Below are positions 40,805 through 41,416 of a stretch of 41,416 nt of DNA, one piece after another. Numbering within the stretch: the first letter of the stretch is position 1; each line of letters begins with the position of its first letter. The stretch lies in sequence record DRR378314_174. The stretch is one strand, 5' to 3'. The translations under genes were made by a program, and so were the position numbers. The notes beneath the pieces were generated by a model that had not been told where the DNA came from, searched no databases, and was given only the letters and a program-made list of their open reading frames with translations.

Positions 40805-41034
40805 CCGCCACTTCCGCAGAAGATGCCTTCGGGCTTCTGAAGCGGGTCCGCTGAAAAGCTCACCTGGTTGGTGAAAAAGTTCTTGAACTTTTCGTCGAAC
40901 AGGGGCTATATATGCGGTTCCTCGAAACGCTCGAATTTGCGGGCCGGATCATTTCGGCAGGCGGTTCATTTGCGCTAAAATTCAGGCAGCCCGGATGGTC
41001 AAACGTCTAACTGCAGAAGGCGCAAAAAAGAGTG

Positions 41035-41063
41035 TTGACGGGATGATCGGCGGCCCATATAAG
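41035..41063 (+). promoter_or_regulatory. rrn promoter copy 5 (proximal)
   Basis: TTGACG-N17-TATAAG, discriminator CCGCCAC. Confidence 0.87.
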
Positions 41064-41122
41064 CCGCCACTTCCGGACGGGCCCACGGGCTTCTGATGGA
41101 GACCTTCGGAGCTTCGGTTCCA

Positions 41123-41136
41123 GCTGTTTGACATCG
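41123..41136 (+). promoter_or_regulatory. boxA-like rrn antitermination element
   Basis: GCTGTTTGACATCG resembles boxA (GCTCTTTAACA), lies after hairpins in the proximal leader, and occurs only once. Confidence 0.6.
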
Positions 41137-41368
41137 TAAGAGATTAGGAAGAGAAACGCAGGCGGCGTGATAGCTTGCGGATAAGGCTTCGGCCTTTCCA
41201 AACGATCACGACGGATGCGTTTCTTGAGAGAAAATTCTTTTTCCATCGACCAGGTCATACTGGTCTTTGTGACTAAGGGTTTCTCGTCAAAAGAACGCAA
41301 TACTTAAATGCTTAACAGCTTGAGTAGCCGTCCATATTCCAATGGATGGTTTTCGTCAGGTCAACACT

Positions 41369-41416
41369 CAACTTGAGAGTTTGATTCTGGCTCAGAACGA
41401 ACGCTGGCGGCAGGCT
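41369..41416 (+). rRNA. rrs: 16S rRNA, 5' end (truncated by window)
   Basis: AGAGTTTGATTCTGGCTCAGAACGAACGCTGGCGGCAGGC, the conserved alphaproteobacterial 16S start. Confidence 0.97.

Larger units (their letters stand above)
40019..41095 (+). repeat. Tandem array of ~250-bp promoter plus structured-leader units upstream of the rrn operon (4 full units and 1 partial)
   Basis: Units begin at 40019, 40277, 40526, 40776 and 41035 (periods 258, 249, 250, 259); shared blocks such as CATATAAGCCGCCACT, GAAACGCTCGAA, TTTGCG and ACTGCAG. Confidence 0.92.

Noticed and set aside
40019-41095. CRISPR array or IS/MITE interpretation of the repeat
   Set aside because: Period is ~250 bp, the sequence between cores is homologous and not unique spacers, and there are no cas genes, terminal inverted repeats or target duplications
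40050-41100. tRNA genes within the repeat units
   Set aside because: UUCG hairpins are present, but I found no cloverleaf, T-loop GTTCRA in context or CCA end
39946-41300. Minus-strand ORFs with repeated peptides (39946-40497, 40250-40747, 40626-40811, 41007-41300)
   Set aside because: Antisense readings of the rrn promoter repeat; frames shift between units, so there is no coding conservation

Overview
GC-rich alphaproteobacterial chromosome segment. Gene content (ccrM, prfB frameshift, split F0 operon, PilZ/PAS) suggests Caulobacterales/Hyphomonadaceae, but this taxonomy is an inference. The window is mostly housekeeping. In order: F0 ATP synthase operon (atpI-B-E-F'-F), smc, two DsbA-like paralogs, DciA/DUF721, mutY, sialate O-acetylesterase, desaturase with divergent PaaX-type regulator, ccrM, adhP, PA0069-type radical SAM with a LexA box, BLUF protein, TIGR04282/04283-type transferase pair, hemerythrin, UDG, ETF-QO, TPR lipoprotein, PBP1A, prfB (+1 frameshift), MgtC, PhoH, gamma-CA, PilZ, GMC oxidoreductase, PAS, TonB-dependent receptor, rhomboid, CBS protein and the 5' end of a 16S rRNA gene. 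The most unusual feature is about 1.1 kb upstream of the 16S gene: a tandem array of four full ~250-bp units plus a partial fifth. Each unit starts with its own sigma70-type promoter and can fold into the same set of helices, with compensatory changes between copies. Also notable are four DnaA boxes at an exact 12-bp period plus three GANTC sites upstream of ccrM, and a structured, terminator-containing leader or sRNA upstream of phoH. No CRISPR, tRNA, transposase or prophage was seen. All calls are by eye; no searches or folding programs were run.
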